A DNA stretch of 64,000 nt from Tubiluchus corallicola (taxonomy: Eukaryota; Animalia; Priapulida), in contig JAQGDQ010000109.1 in NCBI GenBank assembly GCA_030141605.1, positions 1 to 64,000 of the forward strand, read 5' to 3'. This document shows positions 40,199 to 53,639 of the stretch, in pieces (the first letter of the stretch is position 1; each line of letters begins with the position of its first letter). Made by a program: the position numbers and the translations under genes. The notes beneath the pieces are model-generated. The model searched no databases and was not told where the DNA came from. It saw only the letters and a list, made by a program, of their open reading frames with translations.

Positions 40199-40751
40199 AT
40201 TGATACAGTATGTGTCCGCAACAACACAAATTTGCAAGAGGTTTCTGACTAAAAGTGTGGATGGTTAATATTCGTGTATAAAATTTATGTGTTGTTGAAT
40301 TTTGTGTGAAATTACATGTGGCATATTCATTTATTTAGACTGCAAAATCGTTTTTATTTTGTGCTAGACCAACTAGATGTATTATCAACTTAATAAGGTC
40401 CTATATATATATATTGTCCGGAGAAAATTGGCTTTTCCCTAGCATTGCCTCCGGTTTTAGAAAAAGCCCGTTTATTCGCTCACTCTGTCCGTCCTTCCTC
40501 ACTTTTCCACTCCAAAATATTTTCCCATTATCCACTTCCAATCGATTAATTAGGATGTTCTTTGATTTTATCACAACGATTAACTAGGATGGCCTGGGTT
40601 CAAAACTAAAAAATTGTAGCAGTTAGTTAATTAACAAATTTCTTAACTTAAACAGACTGAATAAAAAGCAGAAGTGCATGATACCGAAATGCTTGTAAAG
40701 CCGCTTTTAATTTCAAATTGATTTAAATAACACGTTCCCACTGTCTGCCTC

Positions 40752-41132
40752 CAGAGCCAGGTTGATCTTTTGGGGCCTCTGGGCAGATGAAATTATGAGG
40801 CTCGCCTCAGACGGAGTCACCGTCTAACTCGCCCGCGCCTGTTTTGAACATTTTTTACTCGTGATATATTTAGCGACATTTACACAGCTTGCTGTAACTT
40901 ATTGGAATTTTTTTGAATAAACCAGAATAGCTATCTCTTGTTTGTCAATAAAACGATTCTTTAAGAAATACCACTATTTCACTAATTATTATAAACCAAA
41001 TTAGGACGTATTTCAACACGTCCGCAGTGAAAAAAACATATTTTTACCAAATTTTACCAAAGCTCGAAGGCACCCAAGCTTTAGGGGTCCTAGGCTGCAG
41101 TCTGTACTAGTTTGAAAGATAATCCGGCCCTG
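40752..41132. mobile_element. hAT-type MITE, copy 1
   Basis: Termini CAGAGCCAGGTT / TAATCCGGCCCTG; 8-bp TSD TCTGCCTC/TCTGCCTG; homologous to 54342-54694. Confidence 0.8.
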
Positions 41133-42301
41133 TCTGCCTGATCACTTGTCTCATAACTACGCGAAAGCTCGCTATACTGCATATTGTATATAATATATCA
41201 AGTACGATCAGTTTGTGAAAGCTGGAAGTGATTTAATTCAAATTTAAAGATTCAAGATTGTTTATTTCAATCTTGTTTCAAGCGCCCCACACTTAATGCT
41301 AGAGTGACCTAGAAAATTAAACTAGAAACAAAGCTAGAACTGAATTATTTCCTGTCACTGTGAACGTCTTGAAATTGCATTTTTGACGATGAATAAGAAA
41401 GAATATACAAAAATTCTCGAAGGCATTGATGCTGGACGGGTATTATGCTTGAACGTTTTACCGAAAAAGCAAAAATCTACAGAAAAGCTGCGTTCATCAG
41501 CTGGAAGAGTAGAATTAAATCACTCTCATTAATGTTAAGCAATTTAGTTCAAATGAATGATTAAGAAGAGTAGAAGTGCATGCTACCAAAAATTTTTGTA
41601 GATCCTCATTCATTTGACGGCATTCGGGCAATTCTGGTTCGTTTTAGTTTGTGTTTATCTTTGCACACCCTGGCGGTTTTCAGATTTTAAATAATGTACT
41701 TAGATTTTTCATTATGTGTTTTGCTGCCAAAGTTTTATCTATACCAGTTTCATAGTAGCGTTTCGTTTTAGAGAGTAGATAACAAGGTTCTTCAGTTCAT
41801 GAGTATTTAAAAAGTGAAACACGTTGATAGTAAACTTGTCTTGTTCGTTGAACAAAGTCAGAGTTTTATTTTTGTCAAACAGCGCTAGAAAAATTCTTTT
41901 AGATCCCAACCCAAAATGACCTCCAGACTTGTAAAAAGTCCAGTAGCCCTTTACACCTAGTAGCTGAAACTCCGTCTCCAGCACTATTTGAAAAAATAAA
42001 ACTCCGGTTTGAAGCAACAATTTCTCTATGCCAATGTGTATAACATTTCAAATACCGCTGAACTGAGCAGATGAAGGGTTTTATCTGCTCTACGAAAACG
42101 AATAATGCTGATTACACCACTATAACGAGGCAAAAGGAAAACATTTTGATTGTTACAACATTTGACAAAAGGGCAAGCCTACAATAATTATTTAAAATCT
42201 AAATTATCCACATAATATTGTTAGCAATTGTTTTTCTTCACTAGATGTATTTTTTTTATTTTAATATCTCAAGACTGTTTATCTTTGTTTCAGTTTATAA
42301 G

Positions 42302-43108
42302 ATGAGTTTAAGTTCGTCGAGACAGTCTACCACAACTCAAAGCGCCCTTGTAGTTCTTCTTTTTCTTCTACACACATCATCTTTCGTCAACACGGAAAGT
42401 GCCGCGCAGCCTAAGCGAGGGCCTAATGACTTGAACAGATTCGCGTTTGGCTTGGGCAAGCGAGCCCGTGGTCCCACAGACTTGAACGCGTTTGCATTCG
42501 GCCTTGGAAAGCGAGGAAACGATAAGTATAATTTTCCTGATTTGGAAGAACAAGAAAAGAGAGCCAGAGGAAGGGAGGATACAAATCGTTGGGCGTTCGG
42601 ACTTGGTCGCAAACGCGGACCCACCGATTACAGGGCATTCAGTTTCGGTCTCGGAAAACGGGAAGAAATCCCAACAGATCTGAATAGGTTTAGCTTTGGT
42701 CTTGGCAAACGAGAAGAGATACCAACAGATTTGAACAGATTTAGCTTTGGTCTTGGCAAACGTGAGGAGATACCAACAGATCTGAACAGGTTTAGCTTTG
42801 GTCTTGGCAAACGTGAAGAGATACCAACAGATCTGAACAGGTTTAGCTTTGGTCTTGGCAAACGTGAAGAGATACCAACAGATCTGAACAGGTTTAGCTT
42901 TGGTCTTGGCAAACGTGACGACATACCAACAGATCTGAACAGATTTAGCTTTGGTCTTGGCAAACGTGAAGAAATACCAACAGATCTGAACAGATTTAGC
43001 TTTGGTCTAGGCAAACGTGTACCTTTAGAATTTGAAGAAAAGAAGAGGCGGCAAAAGGGAGCATCAGATTTAAATAGCTTCAATTTTGGTTTGGGGAGAA
43101 GGAAGTAA
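42302..43108 (+). CDS. AstA: Allatostatin-A/buccalin-type (FGLamide) neuropeptide precursor, 268 aa
   Basis: Acceptor tttgtttcag ends at 42293, so the ATG at 42302 is preferred over 42245. Hydrophobic signal segment ALVVLLFLL. Twelve peptides end F/W-x-F-G-L followed by G-KR, G-RKR or G-RRK (amidation plus convertase sites). Stop at 43106-43108. Confidence 0.92.
   Translation: MSLSSSRQSTTTQSALVVLLFLLHTSSFVNTESAAQPKRGPNDLNRFAFGLGKRARGPTDLNAFAFGLGKRGNDKYNFPDLEEQEKRARGREDTNRWAFGLGRKRGPTDYRAFSFGLGKREEIPTDLNRFSFGLGKREEIPTDLNRFSFGLGKREEIPTDLNRFSFGLGKREEIPTDLNRFSFGLGKREEIPTDLNRFSFGLGKRDDIPTDLNRFSFGLGKREEIPTDLNRFSFGLGKRVPLEFEEKKRRQKGASDLNSFNFGLGRRK
42662..43018 (+). repeat. Coding 51-bp tandem repeat, 7 copies
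   Basis: Six EEIPTDLNRFSFGLGKR and one DDIPTDLNRFSFGLGKR; differences are mostly synonymous. Confidence 0.97.
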
Positions 43109-45411
43109 ACTTTCTCAGAGTGGTAAGTCTTGCGCAACTACAATTTTCTACGGATGTTTAACTTTCCATTGTCATTTTTCCTAAATAAATAATTAAATGT
43201 CATTATAGCCATCACATTTTACGTTGTCACCGAAGAAATGCCATCATTGTCATCATCAAAATCTTCGTCAACAGCTTGTCATTTCATTATTATCATTAGC
43301 AGCTTATCGAATTTCATTATTATCATTAGCATTGTTTATTAAAATTACACCTTACCTTTATCATAGTGACTATCGTCTTCGTCGTCGTCGTCGTCGTCAT
43401 CATCATCATCATCATCATTATTGTCATCGTATTCATTACCATTATCGTCATATTCGTCAATCATCATCATTATCGGCACTGTTATCACATGTTACCACCA
43501 TCACTATCACCATCATCATCATCATCGTCGTCGTCATCAACATCATCATCTCCATCGAATTGACCATCTTGTGCTTCTACTACCTCTATGTGTAAAACAT
43601 TGACCTCTCTTGCCATTAACAATAACCCTAAAAGTTTAAAATTGTAGTCCATTCTGTAGGTAACTTTAACATTTAGAATTTGAGCAAAGATCCCAAGATC
43701 TACTCTACAAAGTGCCCTTTTCTCAAATTATCGACAACTGGACTGCTTGCCCTTTAACCGGATCAATCCTACGCAATTTGCTTGCACTTTCTCCCTGATG
43801 TTAAGGCAACGAAGGAAAGCCTTTAGTAGCAATGATTTTTCATAAAAAGGGTAATAATCAATTTAAGTGAAACCATAATGTCGCTTTCACCGATGCGTTA
43901 GTTTTAAGTGATTGCGGTTATCTGATGGAAATGGGCCACTTTGACATATGCTGCATTGGCTTCCCAATAACTTTCGGCAAAAAGTGACAGCGCGTAGGAA
44001 ATGCGCTGAAATAGAAACATTAGTTACAAATTTGAATGAAAGAGGCCGCATCAAATTCGTAGAACGATTTCAATGACCAAAACAAAAACAGCAAACGGTC
44101 AATCCTTAGCCGACCAAGCGGTTTTTATATTAGGATAAAAGACCAAGCCGGGCAATAAATTACCCCATGAAAATTTTGTTTTTGCTAACTGTAAAGATTC
44201 TATAGACTGAGCAACTGCAATTCGTGTGCTCCTGGTAGTACAAAACCAAGTTCTACGGCAAGTTGGCTTAGGTATAGGAGGACACCAATGACAAAAACAG
44301 CTTTATGCGAAGCTTGTCAAGTCTTGTGAAAATTATTCTAATAGGTTAATGATGTTCACTGTTTAATTCTGAGACATCCACTTCGTCTCAGTTGTCAAGA
44401 TTATCATAAGGTGCTGCCAGAAAGAAAAATACTGCTATGTGAACTCCACAATTTAGCCTGCATAAAAGACCAAGAGGGATAATAAGCTATCAAACACCAA
44501 GTAGTATCTGGCACTCGTGCTTTGTAAAAAGCATGAATAATAGTTTTCAACAAGACCAAGGTAACGTTGCATAACTAATTAAAAAACATTTAACTACTAC
44601 TCGTTTGAACATTTTACATTGTGTACATAAATATAAAAATGGTGAGCAAACATTGCTGAGGGCAAGTTTTTACTACACTCTGGTCGGCTAAGAGAGCACT
44701 GAAACATAAGACAGTAAACCGGTTTGTAACACATCAACCACTAAACCAAGCTAGTTAATGGAAAAACGATGACGCTGAAAAATTGTAAAACAACCAGTAC
44801 ACGAACCTAGAACCTTCTGCTTACAAAGCAGAGCTACTGGCCCATCGTTACAAAGAAGTCGGTCTGAATTCCCATCCTAGTAGTACACAATGAATCAGAA
44901 CGACTTATAAAATATTTGAAACATTTCAAGCACCAGCTGTTCGTCCTAGAGTTTAAAAATTTTTAGAGCTCTGCTTAGATACACTTAAGAGTTAACAGTG
45001 ATGCACTAATTTCTCGATAAGCTTTAGCAGTAGGCCTAAAGTCAGCTAGGTTACTGGTGATGTATAGCTGATGTGCAAAAACTCTTCTGATATATAATAC
45101 TTCTGAGCCCTGTAGGTAATAAGTTATAGTCATCGTCATCATTGTCATTAGTTTCATGATGATGATGATGATGATCATCATCATCATCGTCATCATTGTC
45201 ATCATCATCGCCATTGTTGTCATTTTCACACTCTACACATTGACGACGCATCTTGATAATCTTTAACTTAGTAGACAGTAGGCCTATTGTGATAAAAAAG
45301 ACCTTATCCAGCACATGAATTTAACATAACTTTAACCACGGATTACCAATTTCCATATTACCACGTAATTTCCACATACAGATTATTGTAATGCACCGGA
45401 ATTAGAGCAGT

Positions 45412-45604
<193 letters not shown>

Positions 45605-45614
45605 CTGGAGAACT

Positions 45615-48050
45615 ACATCAGATCCCGGTGTCATACCAAGAGACCTGAAAAAATGGAGTTTGAAAAAAACAGAGAAATAATGGAATGCTTTTATAGAAGT
45701 GAACCAAAAAAGAAAGGCTACAGAAAACGAATGCAGCAGATGTGGAAAGAAAAGGATAAGAGGGACGTATATCTGAGCAAAAATTAGCAGACCAAGTAAG
45801 AGTTACCAGAAGCAAGAGATTATTCCGCGAATTAGATCAGGACTAAAGTAACAGTCCATAAAATCGATAGTCATGATGATGTGGACGCATCGAAGCAAAT
45901 GTGGGGCAAATGCCAGATGTCAATACAACAGACCACCATCTACAAAGAGTAATTCTTGACGAACAGACCAACAGTTGAAAATTAAGCTTTTAAAAAGTAT
46001 GAGTGTAGAATGATAAGATGATGAGTGAACGAGTCAACTTACCAACATTAATGTCTGTAAATTATAAACAATTAGGACAAGTTACCACAAGAATTGACAG
46101 AATCTACACTGGTAAATTGGAATACATAAGCTTGCCCATGCTGCTGCTGCTTATTATAGCTATGCAGGAGCTTGGAATAAAGCTTCTTAATACAGATAGA
46201 CAGCGCAGTATGCCGCGTTGGAAATTTCGTCTGATTAAGAAGGTTGAAATGCTAAGGTTTAAGTAAGATAGAAGAACTCAAAAGTGGGTATTTGAAGAAA
46301 TGGAAAATGCATTACTGAAGGTGTTATGGAAGAATTTAAACAGCAGATAGTAGCTACTGCGAAGAAAATTAGAAGGTATCAAGATCGAATAGACCAATAT
46401 AGACAAAATGACGGCTGTTTAATAATGATACGGCAAAGGCATTGAAATAAATCTTAAGAGATGAAATTCAGATGGAGAAACAGAGATAGTGGAAAAATTT
46501 TGGATAAATATTTGAGAACAAGAAAAGATGCACAACATAAATGCTACTTGGCTAGAACAAAATGGAGAAATTACAAATGAGCAAAAGGATATAGTTACAA
46601 AAGAGAAATTGACATTTCAGCTAAAAAACGAAAACCTGGAAAACAGCAGGACCAGATAAAATAAGAGGATACTGGGGGACTATACTGTATAGCATTCATG
46701 ATAGAGTGGTTGCACAGTTACAACATACTGTGGAACGAAGGCCCTGCTGAATGGCTTACAGAAGGTCGTACTTCCCTAATTCAAAATACAAGAATAAAGG
46801 TACAATACCATCCAATTACCGGCCCATCACTTGTTTGAGTACTTCTTACTGGAATCATTTCATCTATCCAAGGTATCTATACCAATCTTGTAAAAAGTAA
46901 TTCTTACCATACGAACAGAAAGGATGTAGAAAAGACAGCAGAGTGACAAAAGATCAATTACTGATTAATAAAATGATCATGTGTGACAGTAAATTTAGGA
47001 AGAAAAACCTTGAGACAGTGTAGATATACTATAAGAAGGCATACGATTCAGTGCCTCATAGCTACGTACTGAAAACTGCCAGTTATATAAAATTAGTGAA
47101 AACATTACACTTTTCTCAAAAGCTCAATGACATTGTGGAGAACTGCACTGGTGTGGTAATAGTAATATGGGTAGTGTCAACATCAAGCGAGGAATTTTCC
47201 AAGCAGACTCACTATTCAGCCTAACGACTCAGTCAACAATAAACCATTTACTTTATATGGATGTTCTAAAATTATTAGGCGAATCAGAACTGAAGATTAA
47301 AAGTCTCACACATACAGTGAGGATATACAAATGGAATTCGGGACTGAGAAGTGCGCTAGTTTTTCACTAAAGAGGGGTCACTTGGCTGCAAGTGAAGGGA
47401 TAGTGTTATCACATGACCAAGTCACTGTGCCGATAACAGGCAGTGAAATTTACAAATATCTTGATGTGTTAGAATGTGAGGATATCCGCCATTGTGGCAA
47501 TGAAAGACAAAACTGTGACTGAGCATAAAAGCAGATGTCGAAAGATACTTAAGTTACATTTGAATGCAAAAAAATCAGGCAGATGCTATAAATCTATGTT
47601 GTGTTGTTGTGCTGATGAGATACTTTGGGGGATCATAAATCAGAATTAGCTCCTAGAACTAGATAGGAAGACACGTAATATACGTATCCAGCACATCATC
47701 CTAAGGCAGATGTAGACAGATTGTGCCACGTAATGTAGGCGGAAGAGGTCTGATAAGTGTTTATGATGCTCTACAGATGGAGCCACTTAATCTAAATGAG
47801 TATGTCAACAACAAGAGACAGCCTTTCCTAGAATGTGTCCCTGAAGCCAAACTTACAAAAGGTAATGAAACCAGCAAGGAATGTAAAGAAAGGCACCTGA
47901 GAGAACGGATAGATGAATAGAGAGGAAGGACCTTATGGTGCTGAATACTGAGTCATTATTGATTGCGGTGCAGAGTCAAGCATTGGCGACAAAAAACACA
48001 CAGACTAGAATGTAATTTTTCTGGGTCCATTATGTAGACTCTGTTGCCAG
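45615..48050 (+). mobile_element. Heavily degenerate R4/Dong-like non-LTR retrotransposon
   Basis: Ordered motifs across frames: [130 protein letters not shown]. Many stops and frameshifts. Confidence 0.85.
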
Positions 48051-48186
<136 letters not shown>

Positions 48187-49069
48187 ATAATTGGTTATTT
48201 AGCCGAATGTACAGATTCATTCCACATATAAGAATAAGGACTATTCTAATCCTTACATCTATCTACAAATCAGCATAGTATGTAATCCATACGTTTGGAT
48301 AAACAATTCCTACAAACGGATTAGTAATCAGTACGCATGCGTGTATCTAATTTAATAGTAGTAATTTATTCAAATGCATTATTAAGTTGTCATTATATTA
48401 TTATCGCAACGTTACTTTTCGATGGATCTCGGACTATTAAGTTGTGTGTACTGACCTCCAGTCCCTATTATTAACATTTACAGTCATAAACCTATAGAAA
48501 TTTCAGCCATATTCAATTCGGTGGTTTTTGCTTCCAGAACTTATAGGGACTACCAACCTGTCATATTATATTAAAATGTGAATTATCAGAAGTGGAGATC
48601 AGACGCCTTTCTGTAATTCTTCTATCAAATCTGTCTGTCAAAGCCAAAGCAGGAGATTTTCAATTCAGAGTAGGCGAGGAAAGGAGGCACACTCAGCAAT
48701 CAATTCTTCTCGGTTCAGTGGCCTTGAAGCCTTTGAAAGCTAGTGCTCCTTTCTATTTGTATCAGTTAATGTATTAAATTAGTTATGTCTAATAAGGCTT
48801 TTAGCGTGTCTGAAATCCCGCTTGTTATGAATTTCTTTATCAAAACGGACATTAACAAACCGTTTTAAGGCAATACAACTCATTCTCAGTTGTTCGTCGA
48901 CTGAATGTCATACCCAAAGACTGAAGTTAAATGATATGAACGATCACGATGATATGCACGATCAAGTCACAGAATTTTCTTTGTGATACAAACAAGTGAG
49001 ATCTAGCACCAATGGAAAGTTTTACCGAGATCGAAGAGCCAGCAGAGTTCGGTGTCTCTCTTGAATGTG

Positions 49070-49630
49070 AGTAAAAACTGCACGGTAACAAATGACACAA
49101 ATGGAAAAGTACAAGAAAATGAAACAGGAAAGAAATTCTAGCTTGGAAAACTGCGTAACGCTGTCTATAACCATTGCTTATTAATGTGTATAACTTTATA
49201 AACGGATTTGGCATGTGAATTCATATATTTGTCAGTTATTACCATTGCCGAAATTAATGCTTAAAGAAAGGTAGATAAACACTATGTGAAACTTTCGTGA
49301 ATTATTTTACTTTTGATTCCATTTAATGAACAAAATATTTTGTGAGTCTTTTGCTGATCTATATAATACCAATACAGGCACATTTTTGTATGTTTGCTTG
49401 TTTATCTTTGTTTTACGTTTTTTAATCAAACAACGAGTAAGTTTGAGACTGTTTGGCTTTGGCAGGGATTTGCTTCCTATTGAGCGCATTGTAGTTTTAT
49501 TCTAGAAATTAATTGCATCAAAATAACAAATGCCATTTTTTCGTACTTTTCCTTTCATGCCATTTTTCCGGTGCCATTTTACCTACTTTTCCATTTATAC
49601 CGTTTTTCCTGTGCCGTTTTTACCGCGCAA
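49070..49630. mobile_element. Older, diverged copy of the MULE-like element at 39192-40198
   Basis: AACTGCGTAACGCTGTCTATA, CCATTTAATGAACAAA.TATTTTGTGAGTCTTTTGCTG and GTGCCATTTT repeats align with 39710-40190. Confidence 0.75.
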
Positions 49631-49747
49631 AGTTTCTTTTCCCTGATGTAAATATTCAATTCGAGAACCCATTAAAACATTGACATCTAAAAGACGAGGA
49701 GCTTTGTTATAAATTTTATGTAACATTTTCCTAAGTTATTGTTTCAG

Positions 49748-50330
49748 ATTGCAAGAAGAGAAAATAACGAATGAATAGACAACTCGTTTTGTCAGCAATG
49801 GCTTTATACCATCCTTAAGCAGCAGCAACATCAGCAAACAGGAGGCGTTGATGCTGAGGCAACAACCGGAACAACAAGCGCAACAAATGTTTCCCGTTAC
49901 AGAGGGCAAACAGACTCATAATTATAATTATCATTTTGCATCATGGCGCAAGACTGCAGAGGATTCAGTGCCAATTATAAATGCGCATTATTTTAGTTAC
50001 AGTACTATTAGTTATAAGCAATGTTGGCAACTTTTTGAAATGCCTTCAATTGTTCACTAAAATATTGTTTCTTAACACGAATCACCCAAAAGAAACTGAG
50101 TTCTGAGCAAGTTTAAACTTGCTGAAACGTATCTTATGATAATAGTTAGCAATCTTACACGTTTGAACTCGCAATGTCTTTCCCAATTAATGAATGAATT
50201 TGTGTTAATCAATTATTATATCGAGGTAACAATTCTTTTCTATGTTTGCTACGATGTCCAACTGCAATAATTTCTGTGTTGTATTAAACCGGCATCTGTA
50301 GTAAGTCTATAATAAAGTTTATAGAACCTG
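49748..50330 (+). other. Candidate non-coding 3' UTR exon of the AstA-type gene
   Basis: Acceptor ctaagttattgtttcag ends at 49747, followed by non-repetitive sequence and AATAAA at 50311. It would pair with the GTAAGT donor at 43123. Inferred only. Confidence 0.3.
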
Positions 50331-51293
50331 TTGGATATTTAAGATAGTCCATTTACATCACATTGCTATGTGGTACGGTTAGAGGATCTGTTCTATAAAA
50401 CTGAATATAATTTCCAATTGCTATGTAAAGGAAAAAATATTTATTCAGATTCATAATAACGTTTAGCTAGAACGGATTTTCAAAACCACTAGTAATGGTC
50501 ATATTTTGATGAAGTAATTTTATTGCATTACTACTTTCTCGAAAAGCATTAGAAAAGACTCACAAAATGTCAGTGCATTGGTATTTATGAAGTTATGAGA
50601 TGTTTAATGTAAAAGTATTTTACATGTTTATACTTCCGTTTACTTCTCAGACTGTTATTATAATTGTCAGATTGCAGGCTAACAGTGAAATTCAGAGTAG
50701 GCTACAAGCTGCATCTTACATTATTGGCGCCACTTTGTAATACCTGTCTGCAAATGAATCCTTTGCAGCCATCTTTTCCTGCGCAAATTAACGATTCGTG
50801 AGTGACATGTGAAATACTGAATATTTTATTCATTACTTGTAATTTATACGTTAATTTATAAGTAAACTATTATATTTGGAAATGCGCGATATTTGTTTAC
50901 TGTGTCAATTATTGTTTTAAAGACGTCGGGCTAGTAAAAATGCTTCATTTATTTTTTAATCATTCTGACACAGTTTAACTGCACATTTATAATATCTAAA
51001 TGAAGGAGACAATCGTGTCAGGCGAAACTAAAAATACAAGAAATAAAATAGTTATAATTATTTTATTTATGCATGTTGTGTATTTTATATACAAATGTAT
51101 GTCATTGTTTTTTCTACTGGAGAAATGTTGAAATATCAAACAATAGATTTGTTTTGAAATAGTATTGTAACGTGGGCGAAATACCATTTATTTTCGACCC
51201 CCTGTACATTGTGATGGACTCGTCCGTTCGAAGTCATTGCATAGTGGCGTTGAATACCAGGTATAAAACCGTCACTATGGAATCGCCTTGTCG

Positions 51294-51295
<2 letters not shown>

Positions 51296-51383
<88 letters not shown>
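51296..51383. repeat. (TAA)n microsatellite
   Basis: Directly visible. Confidence 0.97.
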
Positions 51384-51385
<2 letters not shown>

Positions 51386-51496
51386 CAGCAACAACAACAA
51401 TATTTATTTAATGTCGGCTTTTGGATTAACAGAAGCTCAAAGAATTTTTTCGCCGACTGTAAATATCGAATCTACACCTACATAACCGAAACTATT

Positions 51497-51634
51497 ATTT
51501 CTCCACTTTTACCCTAAATGCCACTCGCCAGGTAGGGCAGCAGCGGGTACCATTTTTTAATGTACCCGGCCGCTGTATCGAACTCACGACCAGACAGAAA
51601 GCGTACGTGTTACCACTCTGGTCTATAAGACGGT
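51497..51634 (-). mobile_element. tRNA-derived SINE fragment (MetaSINE-like central domain)
   Basis: Minus strand has A-box-like AGAGTGGTA and B-box GTTCGATAC, then AAAAATGGTACCCGCTGCTGCCCTACCTGGCG...GCATTTAGGG, recalled as resembling the Meta domain. Confidence 0.5.
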
Positions 51635-53343
51635 TCAGTGAGTTGACGGGCAAGCGCGTATGCCACCTCAGCACCTGTTCCCGTAGGGACAACCAGAATC
51701 GAGCACAATGGCTTAGATGTCTGGCGAGTTACTTAAATTTAATACATTTATTAATGATTTATTTATTTATTAATACATTATTTATTAACACATTTATTTA
51801 TTAATGCATTAGCACCATCCGATCAACATTACCGTATAAAAAGCATCATTCATGTGAAAACTTAACTCTGGTTCACTTAGGAGAAAGTTCATTGAAGAGA
51901 AACGCGTTTTTAACTCGTTCGATACTGACTGAGGTTCAGGTTGTATCCTGAACTTTAACTAGAAATCATTGTAATGTGAACGTGATGTGTTTCCAGCCGT
52001 TTCAAACAATAACAGAGGAATGATTCTAACAGTGGAAAGATAAAATGATTTTTCCAAATTTAGGGTCGCTCTCATGTGTTAAATTGTTGACCCGGTTTTT
52101 CATTTTGAACGCCATTGCCGTTTATTTCAGAAGCTGTTTACTTATGATCCAAAATGGCTGCGTCATATTTACTTTTCTTGTACTCCATCTTCAATCGGAG
52201 AAATTTTCCGAGACGCTGAAGTGTTTAATAAAAAAACAGCCAGTTTAAATTATCAACTTCGTGGTGCAGTTTTTAGTTAGTTACGTAGGGGTTTAATTTT
52301 ATAAAAGCTAACGAGTCTATTGTTAAAGAGGTTGTTTTAAGAAGAAATACTTATAGAGTTGTTCCACAAACACTACCAGTTTCAATTATCTAGCTGAAGT
52401 CTTGAGCCCACCGTTTTTATTGCGCAACAGCAAAAGGTCAGTAAGTAGATTATTTGATGTAACCCACTTTTTACCATGTAACAGGCATCATATAATCCAT
52501 ACTGAATTCTTCTAGTTAGACAGCATGGACGAAGTTGTGAATTCGAACCCATTTAACGTTTTTTCTTTTTGTACAGCATTTGGTACTTAGATAGCCGGTA
52601 CACAAATGTGTTTTTACATTTTACACCAATCTGAGAAGCCTTTCTCGGGAGAGGGGAAGTAGAGAGTATGAAGCTTGCACAGATAAATTGTAAACTATTT
52701 AAACGCTTACTAAGATTCTGTATATAGCATGTAGCAGAATCTTATTGGAAATTAGCCGTTTACTCTTTTTTTGTCTCTCCGCTACGGCAGTGAATTGCAA
52801 CTCCAAAACGATGGTACCTAGAGTCAACAAACTCGCTATTTAGACACCTGGGGAAAGGGGTCAGGCAATGGTATAGTACAGTAACCTATAAACTCAGGTG
52901 TCAAGGGTCATTTTATTTGAATCTTGTTTCTCTAACAAAACCCGTTTTTTTATTTTTTACACATTAACCGAAATGAGTGATCAATATTCTAAATTTATCA
53001 AATAATAATGGCATAGGTCTACTAATTTTATAATAGGCTAATCCTACTTTATCATTAAATGATTACATATGCACGCATGTCTATACCAATAATTTAATAA
53101 TAGGCTGTGTTTTTTTATTATCAAGTTGAACATGTCTATCTATGACGACAAACCCTCGCGTGCAAGAGGATAAACCTTTCACGCTATCATGCGTAAATGT
53201 TTCATCGAGGCACTTTCCTGTTGAATATTGAAAAATTCGCCAGTTGCATTTTCCTTGCAATAATCTCTGTTGCTCATTCATATAGTGATGATACCCTGCA
53301 GTTTTTGTGAACATTCACGGTGTTGTTAAGCGACTGGCTTTGC

Positions 53344-53410
53344 TGACGTGATTGACGTCAAATATAAATCAACATTTTTTTGTGAAAGTGGTGGCGTTCA
53401 AGTTGTTTTC
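53344..53410 (+). promoter_or_regulatory. Candidate CRE + TATA core promoter
   Basis: TGACGTG (53344), TGACGTCA (53353-53360), TATAAA (53363-53368), Inr-like TTCAAGTT about 30 bp downstream. No gene identified downstream. Confidence 0.3.
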
Positions 53411-53639
53411 AATCTGTATCATGAGCAAGAATAAGTTATAAGAAATAAAAATAAGCACTCATCTCAAGTTGGCCTTACACAGAATACCACTTTAAAAAAT
53501 CTAGAAGAATTATTTCGAGATTTATTTTGTTGAATTTGATTGAGCTGAAATCAACAACTAGGAAAAGTTGAGCATTCCTCAACAAGCAATAGCCTATGGA
53601 AGAGGACAATGACTGGTAAAAAAGTTTTGCAGTGTCCTG

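Noticed and set aside
42245-42301. Upstream ATG extending the precursor to 287 aa
   Set aside because: It lies in a T-rich tract ending in a canonical acceptor (tttgtttcag), so it is most likely intronic.
42302-43108. Alternative call as echinoderm F-type SALMFamide (FxFamide)
   Set aside because: The cleavage context is FxF-G-L-G-KR, so the amidated terminus is Leu, not Phe.
42628-43137. 169-aa antisense ORF over the neuropeptide repeats
   Set aside because: A shadow of the stop-free 51-bp repeat; no independent features.
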